Source: Candidatus Eiseniibacteriota bacterium | GTDB lineage: Bacteria > Eisenbacteria > RBG-16-71-46 > JABDJR01 | Length of the DNA: 64,000 nt | Direction of reading: 5' to 3' | Assembly: GCA_963728475.1 (NCBI GenBank) | Contig: CAVSKL010000001.1 | Coordinates: 714,523-778,522, forward strand | In this document: piece by piece, positions 1-9,290 of the stretch | Position numbering within the stretch: the stretch's first letter is position 1 | Layout of the letters: each line of letters opens with the position of its first letter | The notes under the pieces: generated by a model | Databases searched by the model: none | What the model saw: only the letters and a program-made list of their open reading frames with translations | What the model was told of the DNA's origin: nothing | Translations under genes and position numbers: made by a program

Positions 1-79
1 ACCGCCACCGTCGATCGCAAGGTCACCTCCCGGGCGTTGCCCCGGCCACGGGGCCGCGCGACCGGAACCCCTCGCCGGA

Positions 80-1771
80 TCACGGTTCGATCCCGGGGCC
101 CGGTTCGAGGCCGGGACTCGGGCCGGGGGCGTATCCCTCGACCGCGTCGCGCTCCACCAGGGCCGGATCGCGCTCCGGCGGCGGCCCGTAGCCTCCGCCC
201 CCCGGAAGCTCCAGGGTAACCCGCCGGCCCTCGCGGAGAAGGTACTTCCTCTTGGGATGAGGCTCGGTGCCGTCGTCCACGTGGACCCGCCCCGGCGCGC
301 CGTCCATCCCTCCGGCCAGGCCTCGGGCGGGATGGCGGGTTCGCTCGTAGATGCACGAATGCACCGCGTCCCCCCCGCGCACGCTCAAGGTGAGCCGCTG
401 CCCGAGCCCGCCGCGATACCTGCCCGTCCCCCCCGAGCCCTCGCGGAGCGCGCGCTCGTGCACGAAGAGCGGGGTGGTGGACTCGATGATCTCGGCGGGG
501 ATGTTCTGCACCCCGCTCGGAAACGACGTCGCCGAGAGCCCGTCCTTGGCCGGCCGCGCCCCGGTGCCCCCGTTGGTGAAGAGCGTGAACACGAAGTGCC
601 GTCCGTCGCGGCGGCGCCCCTCGAACTGGCTCGCCCAGAGCCCGAAGGCGCCGTCGGCGGGCACCCGGCCGGGGAGGATCCCGTGAAGCGCCGCGAACAC
701 CGCCCCCGGGAGGAAGTGCCCCACGATGTGCCGCGCCGCCACCGGGGCGGGGGGAAGCGCGTTCAGGATGCTCCCCTCCGGCGCGGTCACGGTGATGGGG
801 CGGAACGACCCGGCGTTGTGGGGCACGTCGGGGCTGAGCACGCAGGCCAGGGGATAGGTGGTGTAGGCGTGGGTGTAGGTGAGGACCACGTTGATCCCCT
901 CCCGGACCTGGGGGGTGGTGCCGGCGAAGTCCACGCTCAGCGCGTCGCCGGCCACGCGCACGGTGGCGCGCAGGACGATCGGCTCGTCGAACCCGTCCAG
1001 CACCACCTCGCCCGAGGCCTCGCCGTCGGGAAGCCGGGCGATACGGTCGCGCAGCGCCCGCTCCGACCGGTCGCAGATGTCGTCCGAGATCGCCTCCAGG
1101 CCGGGGAGGCCGGCGTCGGCGAGGACCGCGCGGAGGCGCTCCTCGGCCCGGTGGTTGGCCGCGGCCATGGCTTGCAGGTCCCCCAGCACCATCTCCGGCG
1201 CGCGCACGTTGGCCGCGATGATCTCCTCCCACAGGGGGTCGAGAGCGCCATGGTGGACGAGCCGGGTGATGGGGATGCGGAGCCCTTCCTCGTAGACGTC
1301 CAGCGCTTCCGCCCCCAGGGTGCGGCCGCCGATGTCGGCCATGTGGCAGGTGTTGGCGCACCAGCCCACCGCGGCGCCGCCCACGAAGAGCGGCGTGACC
1401 ACGGTCACGTCGTGGAGATGGCCGCTGGTGAGCCAGGGATCGTTCGAGGCCAGGGAGTCGCCGGGTTGCAACGTGTCCAGCGGGAACCGCTCGGCGAACC
1501 GGGCCACCGCGGTGGCCATAGTGTTGATGTGGCCGGGGGTGCCGGTCACCGCCTGCACCACCATCCGCCCGCGCCGGTCGAAGATCCCCGCGCTCAGGTC
1601 CCCCGCCTCGCGCACCACCGGCGTGAACGAGGTGTTGAGGAGCACGGTGGCCACCTCCTCCACCACGCTGGTGAGCCGCGTCCACACCATGCCGGCGAGG
1701 ACCGGATCCAGGGCCGCGGTTCCGGCCCGATCCCGCGGCCCGCCGCCCCCCGGCGTCCGCGGTGCGCTCAC
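80..1771 (-). CDS. hyuB: Hydantoinase B / 5-oxoprolinase family protein (N-methylhydantoinase B-like)
   Basis: A 563-aa ORF with hydantoinase_B-like conservation across its length (GGTGRYRGG, TNGG, HFLPGAVF). It is followed by hyuA on the same strand with a 4-bp overlap. TGA stop. Confidence 0.8.
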   Translation of the reverse strand: MSAPRTPGGGGPRDRAGTAALDPVLAGMVWTRLTSVVEEVATVLLNTSFTPVVREAGDLSAGIFDRRGRMVVQAVTGTPGHINTMATAVARFAERFPLDTLQPGDSLASNDPWLTSGHLHDVTVVTPLFVGGAAVGWCANTCHMADIGGRTLGAEALDVYEEGLRIPITRLVHHGALDPLWEEIIAANVRAPEMVLGDLQAMAAANHRAEERLRAVLADAGLPGLEAISDDICDRSERALRDRIARLPDGEASGEVVLDGFDEPIVLRATVRVAGDALSVDFAGTTPQVREGINVVLTYTHAYTTYPLACVLSPDVPHNAGSFRPITVTAPEGSILNALPPAPVAARHIVGHFLPGAVFAALHGILPGRVPADGAFGLWASQFEGRRRDGRHFVFTLFTNGGTGARPAKDGLSATSFPSGVQNIPAEIIESTTPLFVHERALREGSGGTGRYRGGLGQRLTLSVRGGDAVHSCIYERTRHPARGLAGGMDGAPGRVHVDDGTEPHPKRKYLLREGRRVTLELPGGGGYGPPPERDPALVERDAVEGYAPGPSPGLEPGPGIEP

Positions 1772-3846
1772 GGCGCCGCCTCCGCGAGGAGCGTTCCCCC
1801 GGCCAGGACCCGCGCCGAGCCGCGGCCCACCACCACCGTGGACTGCGCCTCCTCGACGAGCGCCGGCCCCGCCACCGTCATCCCCGGCTCCAGCCGCTCC
1901 CGGCGGAAGACCGGGATCTCGGCGGGTTGCGGGAGATCCGGGAGCCAGGCGCGGCGCCGCGACACCGGTTCGGCGGGACCGCGATCGGGAACCTCATCCC
2001 CGGCCCGGTCGAACACCGCCACCGCGGGGGCGGGCCGGCGGGCCCGCACCCGCCAGGTCACCGTCTCCACCGGCACTCCGGCCACCGTCCGGCCGTAGAG
2101 GCCGGCATAGGCGGTCTCGAACGCGGCCCGGAGGGTTTCGGGATCCGGGGCGAGCGACTCGAGGGGGACGCGCACCTCCGCCCCCTGACCCTGGTAGCGC
2201 ATGTCCACCGAGGCCTCGGCGACGACCTCGCCCGAGCCCGCGGAGGCGGCCACCGCGCGCGCTTCCCCCGCCAGCGATTCCAGCAACGTGCGCGCCGCGG
2301 CGGGGTCGAGGGCGGCCAGGCGTGCGGGGCGGGAGCGGGTGACCTCGAAGGCCGGTGGCGCGGCCAGGAATCCCAGCGCCGACTCCACCCCGGCGTGGGC
2401 GGGGAAGAGCACGCGGGCCATGCGGAGCTGGCGGGCCACGCTCCAGGCGTGGACCGGACCCGCCCCCCCGAACGCGACCAGGGTGTGGGCGGCCACGTCC
2501 AGTCCCCGCTCGGCGGCATGGACGCGGGCGGCCTCGGCCATGTTGCTCCCCACCAGCACGTGGACGCCGTGGGCGGCGGCCATCAGGTCCAGACCCAAAG
2601 GCCGGGCCACGTCGCGATCCAGCGCCGCCCGCGCGGCGCCGGCGTCGAGCCGCATGGTCCCGCCCAGGAAGTAGTCCGGATCGAGGAGCCCCAGCACCAG
2701 GTCGGCGTCGGTCACGGCGGCGTGGGTGCCGCCCCGGCCGTAGCACGCCGGGCCGGGGTCGGCGCCCGCGCTCTCCGGACCCACCACCAGCGTGCCCAGG
2801 GGGCCGCGCGCGGCCAGACTCCCGCCCCCGGCCCCGATCTCCACCAGGTCCAGGGCCGGCACCAGGAGCGGCAGCCCGCTCCCGCGCTTGTAGAAGCGGC
2901 GGCGGTCGACCTCGAAGGTGGAGCGGGTGCGCGGTCCGCGCGCGTCCAGGAACGCGATCTTGGCGGTGGTGCCGCCCATGTCCAGGGAGAGAAGGCGCGC
3001 TTCGCGGAGCCCGTCGCCGATCCGCCCCGCCGCCATCACCCCCCCGGCGGGACCGGATTCGACGATGCGGATCGGGAACTCCGCCGCCACCCGCGGGGTG
3101 GTGACGCCGCCGTCGCTCAGCATGATGTGGAGAGCGGGCGTAGCGGCGCCGCCGGCGTCTCCGCCGGGGCCGGCCAGGCCGGCGGCGAGCCGGGTGAGGT
3201 ACCCCTCGGCGACGGGTCGCACGTAGGCGTTGGCCACGGTGGTGCTGGTGCGCTCGTACTCACGGATCTCCGGGGCGACCTCGCTCGAGATCGAGACCGG
3301 CACCCCGGGGAAGCGCGCACGCAGGATCTCCGCCGCCCGCCGCTCGTGGGCGCCGTCGGCGTAGGCGTGCAGGAAGGCCACCGCCCACGACTCGACGCCG
3401 GCGTGGCCGGCCCCATCCAGCAGCCGCTCCAGCGCGGCCTCGTCGAGGGGGACGACCACTGCGCCGGTCTCGTCGCGGCGCTCGACGGCCTCGTAGCGGC
3501 GACGGCGCGGGACCAGCGGCTCGGGAAACTCGAGGTCCAGGTCGTAGAGGTCGTAGCGCCCCTCGCGGCGGATCTCCAGCACGTCGCGGAACCCGCGGGT
3601 GGTGAGGAGCGCGGTGACCGCGCCCTTCCGCTCCACCACCGCGTTGGTCACCAGCGTGGTGCCGTGGACGATGCGGTCCACCGGCCGGCCGCTCCGGGCG
3701 AGGAGCGCCCGCGCCCCGGCCAGCACCGCCTCCACCGGGTCGCGCGGGGTGGTCAGGAGCTTGTGGGTGGCCAGCTCGCCGGTCGCGGTGTCGAGAAGCG
3801 CGAGGTCGGTGAAGGTGCCGCCGATGTCGATGCCGAGTGCGCGCAC
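1768..3846 (-). CDS. hyuA: Hydantoinase A / oxoprolinase family protein (N-methylhydantoinase A-like)
   Basis: A 692-aa ORF. The N-terminus MRALGIDIGGTFTDLALLD is the typical hydantoinase/oxoprolinase N-terminal ATPase motif. Operon partner of hyuB. Confidence 0.8.
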   Translation of the reverse strand: MRALGIDIGGTFTDLALLDTATGELATHKLLTTPRDPVEAVLAGARALLARSGRPVDRIVHGTTLVTNAVVERKGAVTALLTTRGFRDVLEIRREGRYDLYDLDLEFPEPLVPRRRRYEAVERRDETGAVVVPLDEAALERLLDGAGHAGVESWAVAFLHAYADGAHERRAAEILRARFPGVPVSISSEVAPEIREYERTSTTVANAYVRPVAEGYLTRLAAGLAGPGGDAGGAATPALHIMLSDGGVTTPRVAAEFPIRIVESGPAGGVMAAGRIGDGLREARLLSLDMGGTTAKIAFLDARGPRTRSTFEVDRRRFYKRGSGLPLLVPALDLVEIGAGGGSLAARGPLGTLVVGPESAGADPGPACYGRGGTHAAVTDADLVLGLLDPDYFLGGTMRLDAGAARAALDRDVARPLGLDLMAAAHGVHVLVGSNMAEAARVHAAERGLDVAAHTLVAFGGAGPVHAWSVARQLRMARVLFPAHAGVESALGFLAAPPAFEVTRSRPARLAALDPAAARTLLESLAGEARAVAASAGSGEVVAEASVDMRYQGQGAEVRVPLESLAPDPETLRAAFETAYAGLYGRTVAGVPVETVTWRVRARRPAPAVAVFDRAGDEVPDRGPAEPVSRRRAWLPDLPQPAEIPVFRRERLEPGMTVAGPALVEEAQSTVVVGRGSARVLAGGTLLAEAAP

Positions 3847-4072
3847 GAGGGCTCCGGGGTGTGGGAGGGAAGGCTCCCGCCATTATGGGAGAGGCGCGCG
3901 CGGGGAGCAACGCGGTCCGCTCCCGGCCCCGAGGGGGCCCGGGATCGCGGGCGCGGTTCCGGTACCGGCTTCGGCTGGGCCTCGGACGCGGACGCGGATG
4001 CGGCCGGACGGGGCGGGACCGGGCGATCTGTCCGCCGGCGCGACTTCGCCGCGGGGTTGCCTCGCCCCCGGG

Positions 4073-5149
4073 TTACCTCGCCCCCGGGCGATCCCGCTCC
4101 GAGGCCTCGGTCCGCGCCTCCGGCCCGGCCCCGATGTCCGCGAGGCGGCCGTCCCGCTCCCCGTTCAAGGACTCGATCCCGGTGGGCGAGAAATGGAGCA
4201 GCTCCATGGCCCGGAGCGCCTTCTTGTATCCGTCCAGGTTCCGGTCCACCCGCGCCACCGCGTCCGGCGACAGGTTGGCCGCGGCCTGGGCCAGCTTGGC
4301 CACGCCGTTCTCGTAGAACCGCCAGGCCACGTGGGCGAGGTCGTTCATCATCTCGTGGAACTCGCGTGGGGCCTGGCTCAGCCGGCGCATGCCCAGGAGC
4401 GGCTCCACTCCCAGCCGGTGCCGCCCCAGCACGTCCTCGGGAAGGCTGGTTCGCCGGGGAGTCCACCAGTCGAGCTCGCGGAACACGTCCAGGAGCTTGC
4501 GCACGATGAACGCGAACACCCCGGGGTCGTGGGCCAGCTCCTCCACGTTGAGGTCGTCGGGGACGCAGTAGCGGCGCGCCCCGGTCCGCGCCACCAGCAC
4601 CCGGAGGAAGATCCAGGCCTGCGCCCCGCCCAGGAGCCGCGCCCGGGTCACGAAGGCGGCGAGATCGGGCACCGGTTCCCCGAGCGCGATGGCGCGAAGG
4701 CCCTCTTCCAGCCGGAGCCACGGGGTCATGGGAAGGCCGAAACGGGCCATGGCGTCGGCGAGGGCGGTCTGTTCGGGGTCCCGGGGGTCGGGCTGGCCCA
4801 GGTGGCAGAGGCGCGCGCGGTCCCGCCAGTCGCGCAAGAGGTAGCGGGATTGCTCGGATGAGGACGCGGCTCCCACCGGGGCGGGGAGGCAGGCCGGCCC
4901 GCGCATCCGCACCGAGAGGTAGGCGGCGCAGAAGGCCCGGCGGCGGTGCGGATCATCAAGGCGCCGGGCGGCATTCAGGAAGGGCGTGCGCAACCCGGCC
5001 AGCCGCTCCTCGCAGGCGTGATAGGCGGACTCCACCTCGGGCGTGAACTCCAGGCGTGGCGTCACGTCACGACCCTCCCCCCGGCAGCCCGTTGAAGGAC
5101 CGGATCCGGCCGGGACCGGATTTTCCACGCGTCGCTCGTCCGGCCGCAT
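4073..5149 (-). CDS. Squalene/phytoene synthase family protein (putative, Asp-rich motif not evident)
   Basis: ARTGARRYCVPDDLNVEEL resembles the GRvYLPxDEL block of the CrtB/HpnD family, and a RRRAFCAAY block resembles the N-terminal RxAxYAfcR block. The canonical DDxxD motif was not seen. Confidence 0.4.
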   Translation of the reverse strand: MRPDERRVENPVPAGSGPSTGCRGEGRDVTPRLEFTPEVESAYHACEERLAGLRTPFLNAARRLDDPHRRRAFCAAYLSVRMRGPACLPAPVGAASSSEQSRYLLRDWRDRARLCHLGQPDPRDPEQTALADAMARFGLPMTPWLRLEEGLRAIALGEPVPDLAAFVTRARLLGGAQAWIFLRVLVARTGARRYCVPDDLNVEELAHDPGVFAFIVRKLLDVFRELDWWTPRRTSLPEDVLGRHRLGVEPLLGMRRLSQAPREFHEMMNDLAHVAWRFYENGVAKLAQAAANLSPDAVARVDRNLDGYKKALRAMELLHFSPTGIESLNGERDGRLADIGAGPEARTEASERDRPGAR

Positions 5150-5221
5150 TATGGAGCAGGGACCGGCCGGGCGCAACGACGCCGGTCAACCCGGAGCCGG
5201 CCGGTCGGAAATCGACCGCGC

Positions 5222-5842
5222 CTATTGGAAGGGGGCGGGGTCGCCCTTGCCCACCCGGAGCACCGCCGGGACCGGGCCGGTGAGATCCACCACCGTGGTC
5301 GGCACCGATTCGCCGGGGCCGCCGTCGATGATCAGGTCCACCACCGCGTCCAGGGCGTTGGCGATGGCCACCGGATCGGTCATGGGACCCTCGCCGCCGG
5401 GAAGGATCAGCGAAGAGGTCATCATCGGCGCGTCCAGCTCCGCCAGGAGCGCCAGCGCGATGGGGTGATCGGGCACCCGCATCCCCACCGTCTTGCGTTT
5501 GGGATCGAGGAGCCGCCGCGGCACTTCCTTGGTGGCGGGGAGGACGAACGCATAGGGCCCGGGGGTGTGGGCCTTGAGCAACCGGAAGACCGGGGTGTCG
5601 AAGCGGGCGTAGGTGGCGGATTCCGAGAGATCGCGGCAGACCAGGGTGAAGCGGTGTTCGGGCGGAATCCCCCGGATCCGCGAAACCCGTTCCATGGCGC
5701 TCTTCTCCCCCACTGCGCACCCCAGGGCGTAGCAGGTATCGGTCGGGTAGACGATCACCCCCCCTTCCCGCACCGCCTCCGCGGCCCGGCGGATGAGCCG
5801 CGGTTGGGGGCTCCGGGGATGGATCTCCAGGTATTCGGCCAT
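5222..5842 (-). CDS. tsaC: L-threonylcarbamoyladenylate synthase, YrdC/Sua5 domain
   Basis: 206 aa with YPTDTCYALGC, FTLVCRDLSE and VVDLTGP motifs typical of the YrdC fold. Confidence 0.75.
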   Translation of the reverse strand: MAEYLEIHPRSPQPRLIRRAAEAVREGGVIVYPTDTCYALGCAVGEKSAMERVSRIRGIPPEHRFTLVCRDLSESATYARFDTPVFRLLKAHTPGPYAFVLPATKEVPRRLLDPKRKTVGMRVPDHPIALALLAELDAPMMTSSLILPGGEGPMTDPVAIANALDAVVDLIIDGGPGESVPTTVVDLTGPVPAVLRVGKGDPAPFQ

Positions 5843-5859
5843 GGTTCGCGCGCGCTCCG

Positions 5860-6906
5860 TCAGCCCTTGCCCGCCCGGAAGAGCAGCACCCAGGTCACGT
5901 CCACCGCGGCGTGGGTGAGGGCGGAAACCGTGATTCTACGGCTTCGTCGCCACACCCAGCCATAGGCCAGCCCCGCCCCCAAAGCCAGGATCGCGTAGCG
6001 CCAGTTGGGGAAGGGGCCGTTGTCCAGGTGGCTGAGGCCGAAGATCGCCGCCGAGATCCCCAGCGACCATGCGTCCGCCCGGGGCCCCGGCCAGCGCTTC
6101 TCGACCGCGTTCTGGATGAGCCCCCGATAGAGAAGCTCTTCCGGCACCGCCACCAGGAAATAGATGCTGAGCAGGCTCTGGAACCAGGCCGACGGCTCGA
6201 ACGGGCGCGGTCCGTACCGCAGGAAACCGAGGGCGAGCCCCGCCGGCACCGCCGCCGCGGCGAAGACCGCGTAGGCGAGCCCGGCCCGGGCGAGATCGGC
6301 GCGGTGGAAGCGGAAGGTGAACCCCAGGTCCCGGACCGGGGCGATGACCACGAAGAGCGCCAGCGCCAGGTCCAGGACCAGGAGCCGGGTCACGTCGAGC
6401 CCGCCCGGGCCCGCGGGGAGGTTCAGGCCGCGGATCCAGCCGAACTCCAGGGGAAGCCAGAGGAGCGCCAAGGTGAGGGCCAGCCGCTTTCCCGCGAGGA
6501 GCGGATCGCCCCGGCGGTTCCAGATCGCGAGCGGGAGGAGGCCGTAGACCACCGTCCGTGCCGCTCCCGCGGCGGGGAGGGCCCCCCGGGACGCGGCATA
6601 GGCCGCGTAGAGCCCAACCGCTACAATCCAGGCCGCGCCGGCGCGGATGAAGACGCGCGGGCCGGCCGCGGCGGAGAGCGCCTCGGTCCACCGCGTCACG
6701 CTGAACCCGGGATAGAGGATGAAGAAGAGCGCGAACAAAGCGGACGGGACGGCCAACCCCCAGCCCGAGGCTCCCCGCCCCGACGCGAAGGCGGCGAAGG
6801 CCGCCGTCGCCAGCGCGGAGAGGGCGGCGGCGATCGCGGCCTCGCGCCCCTGGAGGCGGTTCTTCCTCCTCCACCCCTGGGTCTCGCCGGCGGTGTTCGC
6901 GGCCAT
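5860..6906 (-). CDS. CPBP family intramembrane metalloprotease (CAAX protease-like)
   Basis: Polytopic membrane protein with the EELLYRG and FGLSHL motifs of the Abi/CPBP family. Confidence 0.6.
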   Translation of the reverse strand: MAANTAGETQGWRRKNRLQGREAAIAAALSALATAAFAAFASGRGASGWGLAVPSALFALFFILYPGFSVTRWTEALSAAAGPRVFIRAGAAWIVAVGLYAAYAASRGALPAAGAARTVVYGLLPLAIWNRRGDPLLAGKRLALTLALLWLPLEFGWIRGLNLPAGPGGLDVTRLLVLDLALALFVVIAPVRDLGFTFRFHRADLARAGLAYAVFAAAAVPAGLALGFLRYGPRPFEPSAWFQSLLSIYFLVAVPEELLYRGLIQNAVEKRWPGPRADAWSLGISAAIFGLSHLDNGPFPNWRYAILALGAGLAYGWVWRRSRRITVSALTHAAVDVTWVLLFRAGKG

Positions 6907-7495
6907 GGTCTTCCTCTACCTCTGGGTGGTGGCGCCCGTCTACTCGGTGCCCCTCTCGGCGGCGTGGCTCCTCCCCACCATCGCGATCCCGTTCCTCTCC
7001 ACCGCCGTCCACAAGGATACCCCCCGCGCGATCGGCCTCCGCCTGGACACGCTTCCGCGGAGCGCGGTGGAGGTGGGGATCGCCACCCTGGTGGGATTCG
7101 GGCTGGTGCTCGGGCTGAGCGCGGCCTCGGGCCACGGCTTCCGGCTCTCCGGGCGGTTCTTCGAGCGCGCGGCGACCTACCCTTTCTGGGGGCTCGTCCA
7201 GGAGTACGCGCTCCAGGCGTTCGTCTTCCGCCGGCTCCTCGAGAGCTGGGGGCGGCCGGGGTGGGCGGCGCTGGGGGCCTCGGCGCTCTTCGCGGCGCTC
7301 CACCTCCCCAACCCGGTGCTCTCGATCGCGACGCTGGGGGGCGGGTACGTCTGGTGCCGGCTCTACCACCGGCATCCGAACCTGCTCACCCTGGCGGTCT
7401 CGCACGGATGGCTGGCGGTCCTGATCCAGACCGCGCTCCCCGGCGCGTGGCACCACGGGCTCCGGGTGGGGATGGGATTCTACAACTGGCGGTGA
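6719..7495 (+). CDS. CPBP family intramembrane metalloprotease (second, divergent copy)
   Basis: QEYALQAFVFRRLL and FAALHLPN motifs. The start is uncertain. An ATG at 6905 would give a 196-aa protein with no N-terminal overlap with the minus-strand CPBP gene. Confidence 0.5.
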   Translation: MKKSANKADGTANPQPEAPRPDAKAAKAAVASAERAAAIAASRPWRRFFLLHPWVSPAVFAAMVFLYLWVVAPVYSVPLSAAWLLPTIAIPFLSTAVHKDTPRAIGLRLDTLPRSAVEVGIATLVGFGLVLGLSAASGHGFRLSGRFFERAATYPFWGLVQEYALQAFVFRRLLESWGRPGWAALGASALFAALHLPNPVLSIATLGGGYVWCRLYHRHPNLLTLAVSHGWLAVLIQTALPGAWHHGLRVGMGFYNWR

Positions 7496-7544
7496 TCCGG
7501 GAGCGGGGGGCGGCGCGCTCACCGCACTGCAACGGTCCGCGGGG

Positions 7545-8327
7545 TCAGTGCGAGGCGCAGGTCCGCCCCGGCTCGAACCGGGTGAACGCCTCCACCGCCA
7601 CCGCCAGGCTGTCGGAGCCGGGTTCGGGGCGGGGCCGGGGCACGAAGCGCCCCCGGACCGAGGCCCAGAGAGGCTCCCCCGGGGCGGAGATGGCGCGGGC
7701 GTAGGCGCGCTCCATCCCCCGGAGGGCGCCGCCCCCCACCACCGGGAACTCCCGCCCGGTCACGCACTCGGTGAACCAGCCGCGGTCCCCGGCGTAGGCG
7801 TACATGCCGGTGAGGCTCACCGCATGCCGGATGGGCGCGGCGCGGCCGGTGCGGACCAGGCCGGGCCCAAGCCGCGAGGGAATGGGGTTCCCCTCCCCGT
7901 CGAGCATGCGGAGCGAATCCGGCGCCGGCCATGCGAACCGGCGTGCGGTCCCGGTCCCGGGATGGAGAGCCAGGGTGCGCCCGATGCGCTCCCACCCCCC
8001 GAAGTCCACGGTGGTGTCGTTCACGCCGTCCCGGGCCTCCAGGTACACCCAGCGGAAGAGGTAGGTGCCGTCCCGGCGCAGGGTGAGGGTGGCCTCGATT
8101 CCGGGGCAGTCGGCGCAGGGGAGCCGGCCGGCGAAGGTCCCCGGCTCCCGCGCGGCCCCCTCCGAGGCCTCGGAGACGGCGGCGGTGGTGGAGTCGGCGG
8201 GCACGGCCCGCTCCGAACCGGTCCGGTCGGCGCATCCGGAGGCGGCCAGCGCCAGGAGCGCGGCAACCCCCAAAGCGGCGGCGCGCAGGCCGGCGGCGAG
8301 GCGCGCGCCGCCCGGGAGGAAGGTCAT
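7545..8327 (-). CDS. NlpE-like lipoprotein (copper-resistance/envelope-stress NlpE N-domain)
   Basis: Signal peptide with a lipobox (LLALAASGC) and a CADCPGIEATLTLRRDGTY block typical of the NlpE N-terminal domain. The ATG at 8327 was confirmed in the sequence. Confidence 0.55.
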   Translation of the reverse strand: MTFLPGGARLAAGLRAAALGVAALLALAASGCADRTGSERAVPADSTTAAVSEASEGAAREPGTFAGRLPCADCPGIEATLTLRRDGTYLFRWVYLEARDGVNDTTVDFGGWERIGRTLALHPGTGTARRFAWPAPDSLRMLDGEGNPIPSRLGPGLVRTGRAAPIRHAVSLTGMYAYAGDRGWFTECVTGREFPVVGGGALRGMERAYARAISAPGEPLWASVRGRFVPRPRPEPGSDSLAVAVEAFTRFEPGRTCASH

Positions 8328-9103
8328 CGCGGGAAGGGTCCGAGATGGCCGCCGGCCACCTGGAAGTCGCGGGCCAGGTCGTGGTCCCAGTAGTAGGGGG
8401 CGCCGGGGATGGAGTCGGGATCGGCCCCGCTCAGGAGCTTCCGGATCACCTCCAGGTCGCGGCCGGCCCCGCGGTCGATGGGGAGCGCGGTGCCGTCGCT
8501 GGCGATGATGAGGAGTTCCGGAGGGGGCTTCCACCCGGCCAGCCCCTCGAGCATGCTCCGGAATCCGGCGAGCTGGGGCGGCGGGGGCATGGGCCGGTTG
8601 AGCTGCTCCACCATGCGCGGGAAGTCCAGGTAGACCCCGGCCTGGTTGGCGCCGGTCCAGATGAGCGAGCAGGTCTGGCTCCCCCTGCGGATCACCGTGT
8701 CCACCAGGGCGGAGCGGCGAAGGGTCTCGATGCAGGCGTCGATCCCCACGTCGTGGTACTGGAGAAGCACGGCATGGATCAGGCTGTCCCGGGCCGCCAG
8801 GACCGGCGGGACCTCGGGCGGGTCGCGCAGGTCGGTGGGGCGGAACCGCGGCGGCCCGGCCCCGCGGTAGATGAACGCCCCCTGGGCCGCGTATTTCTTG
8901 AAGAGCGGATAGCCGTTCAGGAGCACCGAGTCGCCGGCGGCCTCGACCACCAGGCTGTCGCCGGGGAACCGGTGTCCGGCGATCCAGATGCTCTTGGCGT
9001 GGACGACCACCGTGTCCGGGCGGGCCGGGGCGGCGGAGACCCACGGCGCCGCACTCGCCGCCAGAAGCCCTCCCGCCACCAGAAGTCGTCTCACTGCGCG
9101 CAT
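8324..9103 (-). CDS. Secreted hypothetical protein
   Basis: Start chosen at MRAVRRLLVAGGLLAASAAPWVSA (signal peptide). Upstream in-frame sequence is Arg-rich repeat translation. 4-bp overlap with the downstream NlpE-like gene. Confidence 0.45.
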   Translation of the reverse strand: MRAVRRLLVAGGLLAASAAPWVSAAPARPDTVVVHAKSIWIAGHRFPGDSLVVEAAGDSVLLNGYPLFKKYAAQGAFIYRGAGPPRFRPTDLRDPPEVPPVLAARDSLIHAVLLQYHDVGIDACIETLRRSALVDTVIRRGSQTCSLIWTGANQAGVYLDFPRMVEQLNRPMPPPPQLAGFRSMLEGLAGWKPPPELLIIASDGTALPIDRGAGRDLEVIRKLLSGADPDSIPGAPYYWDHDLARDFQVAGGHLGPFPR

Positions 9104-9149
9104 GATGCCCGTCCCTCCCGGCCGGCCCCGGCGCCGGCTGCGGGCGAGT

Positions 9150-9290
9150 ATACGCGCCCGGCGGCGCTCCTGGACCCGCGCCCGGCGGCGCTCCTGGACC
9201 CGGGTCCGGCGGCGGCTCCTGGACCCGGTCCGGCAACGGCTCCTGAGCCCCGGTCCGGCGGCGGCCCCGAGCCCGGGGCTATTTCGGCGC
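9150..9290. repeat. Tandem GC-rich direct repeats (about 24-bp unit, CGCCCGGCGGCGCTCCTGGACCCG and degenerate copies)
   Basis: Two perfect copies followed by diverged copies are directly visible between the two secreted-protein genes. Confidence 0.6.

Noticed and set aside
257-4509. Very long + strand ORFs (257..2098, 1320..2342, 1762..4509) opposite hyuA/hyuB
   Set aside because: These are antisense-frame ORFs typical of 70% GC DNA. They translate as Arg/Pro/Gly-rich low-complexity sequence, while the minus-strand frames carry clear hydantoinase motifs.
5911-7704. 597-aa + ORF and 528-aa - ORF (5936..7522) across the CPBP genes
   Set aside because: Low-complexity R/G/P/E-rich translations out of frame with the motif-bearing CPBP ORFs.
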